From Vicinamibacterales bacterium (GTDB lineage Bacteria; Acidobacteriota; Vicinamibacteria; Vicinamibacterales; UBA2999), in NCBI GenBank assembly GCA_050250645.1, contig JBFWOG010000001.1, positions 335,274-399,273 of the forward strand: a DNA stretch of 64,000 nucleotides, in the 5' to 3' direction. Positions 1 through 8,904 of the stretch are shown here, piece by piece. Position 1 is the stretch's first letter; every line of letters starts with the position of its first letter. Under the pieces are notes generated by a model that did no database searches, was not told where the DNA came from, and saw only the letters and a list, made by a program, of their open reading frames with translations. A program made the position numbers and the translations under genes.

Positions 1-213
1 GGCACCGGCTTCAAGGGCCGCATGGCCATCTGCGAGCTGCTCGACCTGACCGACCACATCCGCGAGGTCATCCTCGACAAGCGGCCCATCTCGGAGATCA
101 AGCGCGCCGCCAAGGAGCAGGGCATGCGCTTCCTCCGCGAGTCGGCCGTCGAGCGGGTGATGGAAGGCCTCACCACCCTCCGCGAGATCAACAAGGTGAC
201 GTTCGTCGAATGA
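1..213 (+). CDS. GspE/PilB-family secretion/pilus assembly ATPase, C-terminal fragment (5' end outside window)
   Basis: Frame 1 is open from base 1 (GTGFKGRMAICELLDLTD...TLREINKVTFVE). This is the conserved C-terminal tail of T2SS/T4P hexameric ATPases. The stop overlaps the next start (ATGA, 210-213). Confidence 0.8.
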   Translation, partial: GTGFKGRMAICELLDLTDHIREVILDKRPISEIKRAAKEQGMRFLRESAVERVMEGLTTLREINKVTFVE

Positions 214-1160
214 ACCTCCGTGACCTCTTCGTGACCCCGCCGCCAGAGGTGGCCCTCGCGATCGACGCCGGGCGCGTCGCCGGCGCCCGGCTGGCGTGGC
301 GCGGCGCCGCCCCGGTGGTGGCCGCGCACGCCGTCGAGACGCTGCCCGAGGGCGCCGTCGTGCCCGCGCTGGCGGCGCTCAACCTGCCCGACGTCGGCGT
401 CGTCGCCGCCGCCGTCGGCCGGGTGCTCGGCACGCTCGGCCGCCCGCGCCGTGTCGCGCTCGTCGTGCCCGACGCGGTGGGCAAGGTCTCGCTGGTGCGC
501 TTCGAGCAGGTGCCGGCCAAGGATGCCGACCTCGCGGCGCTCGTCCGCTGGCAGATCAAGAAGTCGGCGCCGTTCCCGATCGACGAGGCCGTGGTCAGCT
601 TCACGGAGGGGGCCGCGGCCGCCGACGGGGGGCGCGAGTTCGTGGTGACCGCCGCGCGCGCCGACATCATCGCGCAGTACGAGGAGGCCTGCCGGGCCGC
701 CGGCGCGCACGCGGGCCTCGTGGACCTCGCCACCTGCTCGGTCATCAACGGCGTGCTGGCCGCGCCCGGGGCGGCCACGGGCGACTGGCTGCTCGTGCAC
801 CTGACGCGGGCCTCCACGACGCTCGCCGTCGTGCGCGACGGCCACCTGATCTTCTTCCGGAACCGCGCCGAGGACGCCGAGGGGACCCTGGCGGATCTCG
901 TGCACCAGACCGCCATGTACTACGAGGACCGCCTGGCGGGACACGGCTTCGGCCGGGTGCTGCTGGCCGGCGCGGCCGTGGTGCCGGGCGGGGGCGACGC
1001 GCTGCGCAAGAACCTCGAGGAGCGCCTCGGCCTGGGTGTCGAGGCGGTGGACCCCCGCGCCACCGTGAGCCTGGCGGACCGGATCGGGGCCTCGCCGGCC
1101 CTGCTGGACACGCTGGCGCCCCTCGTCGGGCTCCTCCTGCGCGAGCGGAAGGCGGCCTGA
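210..1160 (+). CDS. pilM: PilM-like pilus/secretion assembly protein (actin-like fold)
   Basis: 316 aa. Translationally coupled to the ATPase gene. The pattern VALVVPDAVGKVSLVRFEQVPAKDADLAALVRWQIKKSAPFPIDE resembles the PilM core. It is followed by PilN/O-like genes. Confidence 0.7.
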   Translation: MNLRDLFVTPPPEVALAIDAGRVAGARLAWRGAAPVVAAHAVETLPEGAVVPALAALNLPDVGVVAAAVGRVLGTLGRPRRVALVVPDAVGKVSLVRFEQVPAKDADLAALVRWQIKKSAPFPIDEAVVSFTEGAAAADGGREFVVTAARADIIAQYEEACRAAGAHAGLVDLATCSVINGVLAAPGAATGDWLLVHLTRASTTLAVVRDGHLIFFRNRAEDAEGTLADLVHQTAMYYEDRLAGHGFGRVLLAGAAVVPGGGDALRKNLEERLGLGVEAVDPRATVSLADRIGASPALLDTLAPLVGLLLRERKAA

Positions 1161-1161
1161 C

Positions 1162-1830
1162 GTGCTGCGCACGAACCTCTCGACCCGCCCCTTCTACAAC
1201 GACCGCGCGGTGACCGCGGCGCTCGCGGTGGCCGGCGCCGTCGTGGTCGCGCTGACGCTCTTCAACGTGTCCGAGGTGCTGGAACTGACGGCGCGCAACC
1301 GCGAGACCGCCGACCAGGTGGCCGCCGCCGAGACGAAGGCGGCCGAGCTCGGCCGCCAGGCGCGGGCCATCCGCGGCACCCTGGACAGCGGCGACGTCGA
1401 GTCGGTGCGCGTCGCGGCGCGCGAGGCGAACGACCTCATCGAGCGGCGCGCGTTCTCGTGGACCGAGCTCTTCAACCGCTTCGAGCAGACCCTGCCCGGG
1501 GACGTGCGCATCGCCGCCGTGCAGCCGCAGCTCGACCAGGACGGCCGGATGCTGGTGTCGGTCACCACCATCGCGCGGCGCATCGAGGACCTCGACGCGT
1601 TCCTCGACCGGCTGGAGGAGACCGGGGCGTTCCGCGGGATCCTCTCGCGCCAGGAGGAGAAGCAGGAGGACGGGACGCTGCGCTCGGTGATCCAGGGCTA
1701 CTACGGGGAGCCCGCGGCCGCCGTGCCGGCGTCGGCGCCCGCGGCCGAACCGGCCGGCCCGTCGTCTGAACCTGGGACCGGGGTGCCTGGCAACCAGACG
1801 CCACGCCCGGCGGGGGAGGCGCGGCCGTGA
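1162..1830 (+). CDS. PilN-like inner-membrane assembly protein
   Basis: 222 aa with a GTG start. It has a short cytoplasmic N-terminus (TNLSTRPFYNDR), one TM helix, a coiled coil and a periplasmic domain, and sits directly after the pilM-like gene. Confidence 0.55.
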   Translation: MLRTNLSTRPFYNDRAVTAALAVAGAVVVALTLFNVSEVLELTARNRETADQVAAAETKAAELGRQARAIRGTLDSGDVESVRVAAREANDLIERRAFSWTELFNRFEQTLPGDVRIAAVQPQLDQDGRMLVSVTTIARRIEDLDAFLDRLEETGAFRGILSRQEEKQEDGTLRSVIQGYYGEPAAAVPASAPAAEPAGPSSEPGTGVPGNQTPRPAGEARP

Positions 1831-2429
1831 GGGCGCTGTTCATGACCGCCGCGCGGGTTCCGCTCGGGCGGGTGCTCACCGAGCACCGGCGCTGGCTCTG
1901 GCCCGTCGGCGTGCTGCTGGCGGCGAACCTGGCCGTGCTGGGCTTCGTGGTGCTGCCGCTGACGCGGGCGGTCGACGCGAGCGAGACACGGGCGTCGACG
2001 GCCGAGGCCGCCCTGGTCCAGGCGGCGGCGGACTTCGAGGAGGCGCAGGCGACCCGCGACGGGAAGGCGCAGGCGACGAGTGATCTCGAGGCCTTCTACA
2101 AGGACGTGCTGCCGGCCGACATCACGGCGGCGCGGCGCATCACGCACCTGAAGATCCAGCAGCTCGCGCGGGAGCACGGGGTGGCGTACGAGCGGATGGG
2201 CGCGACGCCGGAGTCGGTGCGCGACTCGCGGCTCGACCGGCTCCGCGTGTCGATGGTCCTGTCGGGGGAGTACGACGACATCCGGGCGTTCCTCTACGAC
2301 CTCGAGACCGCGCCCGACTTCGTCGTCATCGACAACATGGTGCTGGCCGAGGGGCAGCAGGTCCAGGCGCCCCTGGCGCTGACGCTCGAGCTGTCCACCT
2401 ACTACCTGGCGGCGCCGGATGGCCGTTGA
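1827..2429 (+). CDS. PilO/GspM-like inner-membrane assembly protein
   Basis: 200 aa. 4-nt overlap with the upstream gene. TM helix plus coiled coil plus a C-terminal domain (LRVSMVLSGEYDDIRAFLYDLETAPDFVVIDNMVL) typical of PilO/GspM. Confidence 0.6.
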   Translation: MRALFMTAARVPLGRVLTEHRRWLWPVGVLLAANLAVLGFVVLPLTRAVDASETRASTAEAALVQAAADFEEAQATRDGKAQATSDLEAFYKDVLPADITAARRITHLKIQQLAREHGVAYERMGATPESVRDSRLDRLRVSMVLSGEYDDIRAFLYDLETAPDFVVIDNMVLAEGQQVQAPLALTLELSTYYLAAPDGR

Positions 2430-2979
2430 TCGCCGGACGCTGCTCGTCGGCGCGCTCGGCACGGTCGCGGTGATGGCGCTGGCGTGGAACATCTGGGGCG
2501 GGACGGCGGCCGCGCCGGTGGCGGCTACCGCCCGGCGGACGGCGGCGGCGCGCCCGGCGGCGGCCGTGAACACCGCGCCCATCGAGGTGCGCCTCGGGGC
2601 GCTGCAGGCCGCACGAGAGACGCCGGAGGGCCTCACGCGGAACCCGTTCCGCTTCGGCGCGGCGCGCCGGCCCGAGCCCGGCGGGGGCGGGGCGGGACCC
2701 GTGCCGGCGGCAGAGCCGTCGCGGCCGGCGACGTTCCAGCCGCCGCGGCCCGCGGGGCCGCCGCCGCCGGCGCCGATCGGGTTGAAGTTCTTCGGGCTGG
2801 TCGAGCGGAGCGACGGCGAGCGGGTGGCGGCGCTCAGCGACGGCCGGACGGTGTGGTACGGTCGCGAGGGCGATATCATCGAGGGTCGCTACCGGATCGT
2901 GTCGATTGGCGTGGAGTCGATCGAGATGACGTACGTGGACGGCACGGGTCGGCAGACGATCCGGCTGAGCGGGCAGTAG
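2419..2979 (+). CDS. PilP-like periplasmic protein (Pro/Ala-rich linker plus C-terminal beta domain)
   Basis: 186 aa. Signal/TM segment, low-complexity linker, then GLKFFGLVERSDGERVAALSDGRTVWYGREGDIIEGRYRIVSIG resembling the PilP beta-sandwich. It lies immediately upstream of the secretin. Confidence 0.5.
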   Translation: MAVDRRTLLVGALGTVAVMALAWNIWGGTAAAPVAATARRTAAARPAAAVNTAPIEVRLGALQAARETPEGLTRNPFRFGAARRPEPGGGGAGPVPAAEPSRPATFQPPRPAGPPPPAPIGLKFFGLVERSDGERVAALSDGRTVWYGREGDIIEGRYRIVSIGVESIEMTYVDGTGRQTIRLSGQ

Positions 2980-3013
2980 GGCCGAAGGCCAGAGAGATCG
3001 AACGGCGAACGAG

Positions 3014-5449
3014 ATGACACGAGTGGCACGAGGGGTCCTGGCCATCGGGCTGGCGATCGTGATGGCGGGTTGCGCGGCGAGCCGTGCGTTCTCGCGGGGC
3101 GAGAACGCGGCGCGCGCCGGCGACTGGGACTCGGCCGTCGAGTACTACCGGCAGGCGCTGCTCGACCAGCCGGACAAGCCCGAGTACAAGATTGCCCTCG
3201 AGCGGGCGACGGCCGCCGCCGCGAGCGTGCACGCCGACCGCGGGCGCGCCGCCGAGGAGGCCGGCCGCCTCGACGAGGCGCTGCGGGAGTACCGCCGCTC
3301 GCTGGAGTTCGATCCCACCAACCGCCAGGTCGCGTCGAAGGCCGCCGAGGCCGAGCGCACGATCCGCGACCAGATCGAGGCGGCGCAGCCGCGCTCGCAG
3401 ATCGACGAGCTCCGCGACCAGGCGCGGCGGAACAGCCCCGAGCCGGTGCTGAACCCCGCGAGCCGCGAGCCGCTCACCATCACCTTCACGAACGCCAGCA
3501 TGCGCGACGTGCTGAACTTCATCGGCAGCGCCAGCGGCATCAACATCACCTACGATCGCGACTTCCAGGACCGCTCGATCACGCTCAACCTCGACGGCGT
3601 GACGCTGGAGGACGCCCTCCAGCAGATCATGGTGACGAACCAGCTCTTCTACAAGGTGCTGAACGAGCGCACGATCCTGGTGTCCGCCGACACCGGCCAG
3701 AAGCGCGCGCAGTACGAGGAGCAGGTCATCCGGACCTTCTACATCTCGCACGCCGACGCGTCCGAGCTGGCCCAGCTCCTGACCGGCGTCATCCGCGTGC
3801 CCGGCATGGCCATCCAGCCGAGCATCGTCGCCAACAAGACGGCGAACACGGTGACCGTGCGGGCGTCGTCGTCGGTGGCGCAGATCATCGAGCGGATCGT
3901 CGCGGCCAACGACAAGCCGCGCGCCGAGGTCGTCATCGACGTCCAGATCCTCGAGGTGAGCCGCGAGCGGGCGAAGCGCTTCGGCCTGAGCCTGACCGAC
4001 TACGCGGCCGGGCTCGTGTTCTCGCCCGAGCAGTCGCCGTCGGGCACCGGCACCGGCACGACCGGCGCGAGCGGCACCGCGCCGAGCAACGTCGGGTCGC
4101 CGCCGCCGTTCAACCTGAACACCGTGTCGACCGGCGTCAGCACGGCCGACTTCTACCTCGCCGTGCCCGCGGCGGTGGTGCGGTTCCTCGAGAGCGACTC
4201 GCAGACGAAAGTGCTCGCCAAGCCGCAGCTGCGCGGGGCGGAGGGCCAGAAGGTGTCGCTCAACCTCGGCGAGGAGGTCCCGGTGCCCAGCACGACCTTC
4301 ACGCCCCTGGCGACCGGCGGCGCGTCGGCGAACCCGCTGACCTCGTACGGGTACCGCGCCATCGGCATCATCGTCTCCATGACGCCGCGGGTCACCTACG
4401 AGGGCGAGATCATCCTCGACGTCTCGCTCGAGAACAGCGCGCGCGGGCAGGACACGAACATCGCGGGCCAGAACCTGCCGGCGTTCACCTCGCGGAAGGT
4501 CGAGACGCGCCTGCGGCTCCGCGACGGCGAGTCGAACCTGATCGCGGGGCTGTTGCGCGAGGACGAGCGCCGCACGCTGCGGGGCTTCCCGGGCATCATG
4601 CGCCTGCCGATCCTGCGGCAGCTCTTCGCCGACAACGACACGAACATCCGCCAGACGGACATCGTCATGCTCCTGACGCCGCGCATCGTGCGGACGCATG
4701 AGCTGACGGCGGCCGACCTGAGTCCCATCTACATCGGGACGCAGGGCAACATGGCGCTCGGCGGACCGCCCCCGCTCATCCAGGTGGGCGGCGGTGCCGA
4801 CGCCGCCGGCGCGGCGCCCGCGGCCCAGGCGCCGGCCACGGCGCCCGGCGGCGCGCCGGCCGCGGCCGGCACCCCGCAGGTGCCGGCGGGCAGCTCGCCC
4901 GTGCCTGGCACCATCGTGGAACCGGCCGCGCCGGAGGCCCCCCGGAGCAACGTGGAAGTGTTCAATCCTCCGGCCGAGCCGGCGCCGCCGGCCGCGGCGC
5001 CCGAGCCCGCGGCCGCGCCGCCGGCGCCCGTCGCGCCCACGGCGCGGGTGGTCCTGGCGCCCCCCGCCGAGATGCGCATGGGCACCGGGCCCTACACGGT
5101 CCCCGTCTCGGTGACGGGCGCGTCCCGCCTGTCGACCATCACGCTGTCGATCACGTACGACCCGGCGGTGCTGCGCGTCCGGAGCGTGCAGGAGGGCACC
5201 CTGATGCGGCAGGGCGGCGTCGCGGCCGCCTTCACGCAGCAGGTGGACCCGGCGACGGGCCGGGTGGACATCTCGATCACGCGCACGGGGGACGAGACCG
5301 GTGTCGCTGGCTCCGGCCTGCTCGCGGCCCTGCTGCTCGAGCCGGTCGGCCCGGGTTCGTCGCCGCTCAACGTGAGCGGGGTGGCGACCCAGCCGGGCGG
5401 CGGCGCGACGGGGCTGCAGTTCGTCCCCTCCGCCGTGGTCGTGAAGTAG
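3014..5449 (+). CDS. Secretin (PilQ/GspD family) with N-terminal TPR-like region, Pro/Ala-rich linker and C-terminal cohesin-like domain
   Basis: 811 aa. Lipoprotein-like signal (IVMAGCAAS). Secretin core LAKPQLRGAEGQKVSLNLGEEVPV...FPGIMRLPILRQLF...IVMLLTPRIV. The C-terminal ~135 aa (from ~5041) have a cohesin-like pattern (YTVPVSVTGASRLSTITLSITYDPAVLRV). Confidence 0.9.
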   Translation: MTRVARGVLAIGLAIVMAGCAASRAFSRGENAARAGDWDSAVEYYRQALLDQPDKPEYKIALERATAAAASVHADRGRAAEEAGRLDEALREYRRSLEFDPTNRQVASKAAEAERTIRDQIEAAQPRSQIDELRDQARRNSPEPVLNPASREPLTITFTNASMRDVLNFIGSASGINITYDRDFQDRSITLNLDGVTLEDALQQIMVTNQLFYKVLNERTILVSADTGQKRAQYEEQVIRTFYISHADASELAQLLTGVIRVPGMAIQPSIVANKTANTVTVRASSSVAQIIERIVAANDKPRAEVVIDVQILEVSRERAKRFGLSLTDYAAGLVFSPEQSPSGTGTGTTGASGTAPSNVGSPPPFNLNTVSTGVSTADFYLAVPAAVVRFLESDSQTKVLAKPQLRGAEGQKVSLNLGEEVPVPSTTFTPLATGGASANPLTSYGYRAIGIIVSMTPRVTYEGEIILDVSLENSARGQDTNIAGQNLPAFTSRKVETRLRLRDGESNLIAGLLREDERRTLRGFPGIMRLPILRQLFADNDTNIRQTDIVMLLTPRIVRTHELTAADLSPIYIGTQGNMALGGPPPLIQVGGGADAAGAAPAAQAPATAPGGAPAAAGTPQVPAGSSPVPGTIVEPAAPEAPRSNVEVFNPPAEPAPPAAAPEPAAAPPAPVAPTARVVLAPPAEMRMGTGPYTVPVSVTGASRLSTITLSITYDPAVLRVRSVQEGTLMRQGGVAAAFTQQVDPATGRVDISITRTGDETGVAGSGLLAALLLEPVGPGSSPLNVSGVATQPGGGATGLQFVPSAVVVK

Positions 5450-5483
5450 CCGCCGGCGGGACCGGCGGGACGGGAGGAGGACC

Positions 5484-5972
5484 ATGCGGAGGATGCGGCG
5501 GCGGCTCCACGGCAGCGACGGCTACACGTTCGTCGAGCTGCTCGTGGTGACCACGATCATCCTCATCCTCGCCTCCGCGGTGCAGCCGCTCGCCAAGGTC
5601 GCCATCCAGCGGCAGCGGGAGGTCGAGCTGCGCCGCAGCCTCCGCGACATCCGGGACGCCATCGATGCGTTCAAGGACGCGGCGGACCTCGGCAACATCC
5701 CGTCGACCGAGCTCAAGCCCGGCAGCGAGAACTACCCGCCGGATCTCGAGACGCTCGTGGAGGGCGTGTCCGCGGCCAACGACGCCACCGGCCGCAAGCT
5801 GAAGTTCCTGCGCCGGATCCCGGTGGACCCGATGACCGGGGAGGCGGAGTGGGGCCTGCGCTCCTACCAGGACCGCCCGGACGCGACCACCTGGGGCGGG
5901 CAGAACGTGTACGACGTCCGGTCGCTCTCGCAGGGCACGGCGCTCGACGGAACCAAGTACAAGGACTGGTAG
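5484..5972 (+). CDS. GspG-like pseudopilin (prepilin-type N-terminal cleavage/methylation domain)
   Basis: 162 aa. Prepilin motif G/YTFVELLVVTTIILILA and GspG-like body (YPPDLETLVEG...RRIPVDPMTG). Confidence 0.8.
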   Translation: MRRMRRRLHGSDGYTFVELLVVTTIILILASAVQPLAKVAIQRQREVELRRSLRDIRDAIDAFKDAADLGNIPSTELKPGSENYPPDLETLVEGVSAANDATGRKLKFLRRIPVDPMTGEAEWGLRSYQDRPDATTWGGQNVYDVRSLSQGTALDGTKYKDW

Positions 5973-5981
5973 GCGACGCGG

Positions 5982-6395
5982 ATGATGGAACGACTGCGGG
6001 GCAGGGCGAATGCGGCCGACGGCTTCACGCTGATCGAGGTCCTGGTGGTGGTGACGCTCGTCGTCCTGCTCGCCAGCGTCGGCATGGTGCAGTACGCCAA
6101 CAGCGTGCAGCGCGCGCGCGAGGCGGTGCTGAAGGAGGACCTCTTCCGGATGCGCGACGCCATCGACCAGTACCACGCCGACAAGAACAAGTACCCGCAG
6201 AGCCTGCAGGAGCTGGTCAGCGAGAAGTACCTCCGCGAGGTGCCCATCGACCCGATGACCCAGTCGGCCGAGTCCTGGCAGACGATTCCCGCCGAGCCCG
6301 ACCCCAACAATCCCTCCGCCGAACTCGGGATCTACGACGTCCGCAGCGGCTCCGACCGCACCGCGCTCGACGGCACCCAGTACGCGGTCTGGTAG
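5982..6395 (+). CDS. GspG-like pseudopilin
   Basis: 137 aa. Motif G/FTLIEVLVVVTLVVLLA, then DAIDQYHADKNKYPQSLQELVSEKYLREVPIDPMT, typical of the T2SS major pseudopilin G. Confidence 0.85.
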   Translation: MMERLRGRANAADGFTLIEVLVVVTLVVLLASVGMVQYANSVQRAREAVLKEDLFRMRDAIDQYHADKNKYPQSLQELVSEKYLREVPIDPMTQSAESWQTIPAEPDPNNPSAELGIYDVRSGSDRTALDGTQYAVW

Positions 6396-6578
6396 CCGGT
6401 CCCCTCCCGGCACGCACGCAGCTTCACCGGACGGGCGTCCACGCCCCGTGTTCCCGGCGTCCCACCGGCGCCCGCCGTGCGTCCGGGCGCGCCCGTCGCC
6501 GTACGCGCCCGTGGCCGTACGCGCGACCGCCGGCCGGCCGCGCGATGCGACCGTCCGGCGGTGGCGTGAACGATGGCG

Positions 6579-8123
6579 CTACTGGACGGCGAGGGTCAGC
6601 TGCTGCGTCCCCGTGGCTCCGTCCGTCGTGGTCGCCGTGACGGTCACGATGAACGTGCCCCGGGAGAAGTAGACCTTGTCCACGCTGGGGTTGCTCGTCG
6701 TGCTGCTGCTGCCGTCCCCGAAGTTCCATGTGTAGCTCGCGATCGACTGCCCGGCGCCGACCGTCGCGGTCGTGGAGAACTGCAGCCTGACCTGGGGCGT
6801 GAGGAAGAACGTCTCGAGGTTGACCGTGCACGTCTTCGGGAACGTGAGCAGCGGGACGCAGTTCAGGTTCGCGACGGTCGGGGACGAGCCCACGTAGGTC
6901 GCGTCGAGCGTGACGGTGATCGCGGCCCTCGACTGGACGAGCACGGAGGTCGAGGCGGTCGCCGTCGTGCCCGCCTGGTCGGTGGCGGTCGCGCGCACGA
7001 TGTAGGTGCCCGGCGTCTGGAACGTCCGCGTGAAGGTCGAGCTGCCGGCGCCGACGGTCAGGCTCGTCCCGTCGGGGAAGGTCACGAGGACGCTGGCGAT
7101 GGGCGGGTTGCCGGCCGCCGTCGTCGCGTTCACCGAGAACACCGCCGTCGAGCCCGCGGTGATCGCCGTCGTCGGACCTGTCAGCGTCAGGGTGATGACC
7201 GGGCGCTGCACGACGATCACGACCGACGACGTGCTCGCCTGGCCGGTGGTGTCCGTGACGGTGGCCCGCACGGTGTAGCTGCCCGCGGTGTTGAAGATGT
7301 GCGAGACCCCCGTCGCGGCCGTGATGGCGCCGAGGCTGGTCGCCGCCGACCCGTCGCCGAAGTCGACCGTGACGTTCTGGATCGGGTTGCCGGTCGCCGT
7401 CACGCCCGGGGTCACGGTGAACGGGATGGGCGAGCCCACGGCCGGCGACGTGGCGGACGTGGTCACCGTGACGGTGGGCAGGTCGACGGTGTTCACCGTG
7501 ACCGTCCCGTCCTTGGCGGCCACGGTGGCATGCACGACCGTCTGGCGGTTCGTGGTCAGGGTGGTGGTGACGACGCCGTTCTGGTTGGTGACGCCGCTGT
7601 TCGAGGCGAGCGTCCCGTTGTCGGCCGTGAAGATCACCGGGGCCCCGGGCAGCGGGTTCCCCGCGGCGTCGGTGACGATGGCGATGAGCTCGACCGTGCC
7701 GCCGGTCTTGGGCACGGTGGCGGGTTCGGCGCGCACCGCGATGCGCTCGGCGGCGGCGCCGCCGACCAGCAGGTCGACCTCGGTGGCCCGGGTGGCGCCC
7801 GAGAAGGCGCCGATCTTGGCGGTGCCCGACTGCGTGCTGGCCCGGAAGATGGCCGTGGCCTTCCCGCCCTCGGTCCTAGCCTCCGACGGCTCCATCGTCC
7901 CGAACGAGGAGGTGAAGGTCACCACCGTCCCGTTCTGGGTCGGCGTCCCGGCCGACTCGGTGACCGAGGCCGTGACCGTCGCCGTCCCATTGATGGGCAC
8001 GCTCGTCGTATTCACCGTGAGGGTGATCGTCGACGAGGTGGGCGCGAGCAGCGGGACCTTGTCGCAGGCGGTCGCCGTCGCCAGCAGGCAGCAGATCAGG
8101 AAGGTACGGGCGGGACGTGACAC
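6579..8123 (-). CDS. Lipoprotein with tandem Ig-like (Big_1-type) and PKD-like domains
   Basis: 514 aa. Lipobox LLATATAC. Thr/Val/Ser/Gly-rich repeated ~90-aa beta-sandwich modules. The C-terminal YTWNFGDGSSSTT...GTFIVTVTATTTDG is a PKD signature. The fully overlapping plus-strand ORF is Arg/Gly/Asp-rich shadow sequence. Confidence 0.8.
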   Translation of the reverse strand: MSRPARTFLICCLLATATACDKVPLLAPTSSTITLTVNTTSVPINGTATVTASVTESAGTPTQNGTVVTFTSSFGTMEPSEARTEGGKATAIFRASTQSGTAKIGAFSGATRATEVDLLVGGAAAERIAVRAEPATVPKTGGTVELIAIVTDAAGNPLPGAPVIFTADNGTLASNSGVTNQNGVVTTTLTTNRQTVVHATVAAKDGTVTVNTVDLPTVTVTTSATSPAVGSPIPFTVTPGVTATGNPIQNVTVDFGDGSAATSLGAITAATGVSHIFNTAGSYTVRATVTDTTGQASTSSVVIVVQRPVITLTLTGPTTAITAGSTAVFSVNATTAAGNPPIASVLVTFPDGTSLTVGAGSSTFTRTFQTPGTYIVRATATDQAGTTATASTSVLVQSRAAITVTLDATYVGSSPTVANLNCVPLLTFPKTCTVNLETFFLTPQVRLQFSTTATVGAGQSIASYTWNFGDGSSSTTSNPSVDKVYFSRGTFIVTVTATTTDGATGTQQLTLAVQ

Positions 8124-8151
8124 GATGGAATCCGTTAACGATAATAGAGTT

Positions 8152-8904
8152 ATGGAGTTAGCGGGTCAAGGCAGCCGCGGGGACGCCCGGCGACGGCCCC
8201 GCCCGGAGGCCGGATACGCGATGGCCGCGCTGCTGGTCGGCCTGAGCGTGATGGCGGTCCTCATGGCCGCCGCCCTGCCGGTCTGGACGCACGCCGCCCG
8301 GCGCGAGAAGGAGACCGAGCTCGTCTGGCGGGGCGAGCAGTACGCCCGGGCGCTGGCGCTCTTCCAGCGGAAGTTCGCCAACAGCTATCCGCCGACGATC
8401 GATGTGCTCGTGGAGCAGAAGTTCCTCCGCAAGAAGTACAAGGACCCGATTACCGGCGACGACTTCCAGCCCATCTACCTCACCGCCAACCAGCAGGTGA
8501 CGGCGCCGACGGGATCGGCGCAGCCGGGCCAGATCGCGCGGCCCACGTCACAGCCGGGCCAGTCGACCCAGACGGGCATGGGGGGCGCGACCGGCACGAC
8601 CGGCGGATTGGGGGGCGCGGCGGCCGGTCCGATCGTGGGCGTGACCTCCAAGAGCACCGAGGAGTCCATCCGGCTCTACAACGGCCGCAACCACTACAAC
8701 GAGTGGCAATTCGTCCACGTCCAGACGCAGCAGCGGGTCGGTCCCGGCCAGGGGACCCAGCAGCCCGGCCTGTTCCAGCCGGGCGGCGCCGGTCAGCCGC
8801 AGCGGCCCCCGGTGATCGGTCCTGGCGGGGTGCCGCGGCCGCCCGCCATCGGGCCGCCACCCCCCGGCGGCGACCGCCGGCCCGCGAGGCGCCCGCCGGG
8901 GTAG
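8152..8904 (+). CDS. GspG-like pseudopilin paralog with long Gly/Gln/Pro-rich insert and tail
   Basis: Only the 3' part of ORF 7288-8904 is plausible; the rest is antisense to the lipoprotein gene. It has a hydrophobic N-terminal helix (GYAMAALLVGLSVMAVLMAAALPVW) and GspG-like YPPTIDVLVEQKFLRKKYKDPITGDDF. The start is uncertain (ATG at 8125 or 8152). Confidence 0.6.
   Translation: MELAGQGSRGDARRRPRPEAGYAMAALLVGLSVMAVLMAAALPVWTHAARREKETELVWRGEQYARALALFQRKFANSYPPTIDVLVEQKFLRKKYKDPITGDDFQPIYLTANQQVTAPTGSAQPGQIARPTSQPGQSTQTGMGGATGTTGGLGGAAAGPIVGVTSKSTEESIRLYNGRNHYNEWQFVHVQTQQRVGPGQGTQQPGLFQPGGAGQPQRPPVIGPGGVPRPPAIGPPPPGGDRRPARRPPG

Noticed and set aside
6573-8120. A 515-aa plus-strand ORF almost exactly co-extensive with the minus-strand 514-aa lipoprotein ORF. 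This could suggest an overlapping antisense gene pair.
   Set aside because: The plus-strand translation is Arg/Gly/Asp/His-rich low-complexity sequence (…GRRDGHDERAPGEVDLVHAG…), typical of shadow frames in very GC-rich DNA. The minus-strand product has a lipobox and recognisable Big_1/PKD modules. Long stop-free antisense frames are expected at this G+C content.
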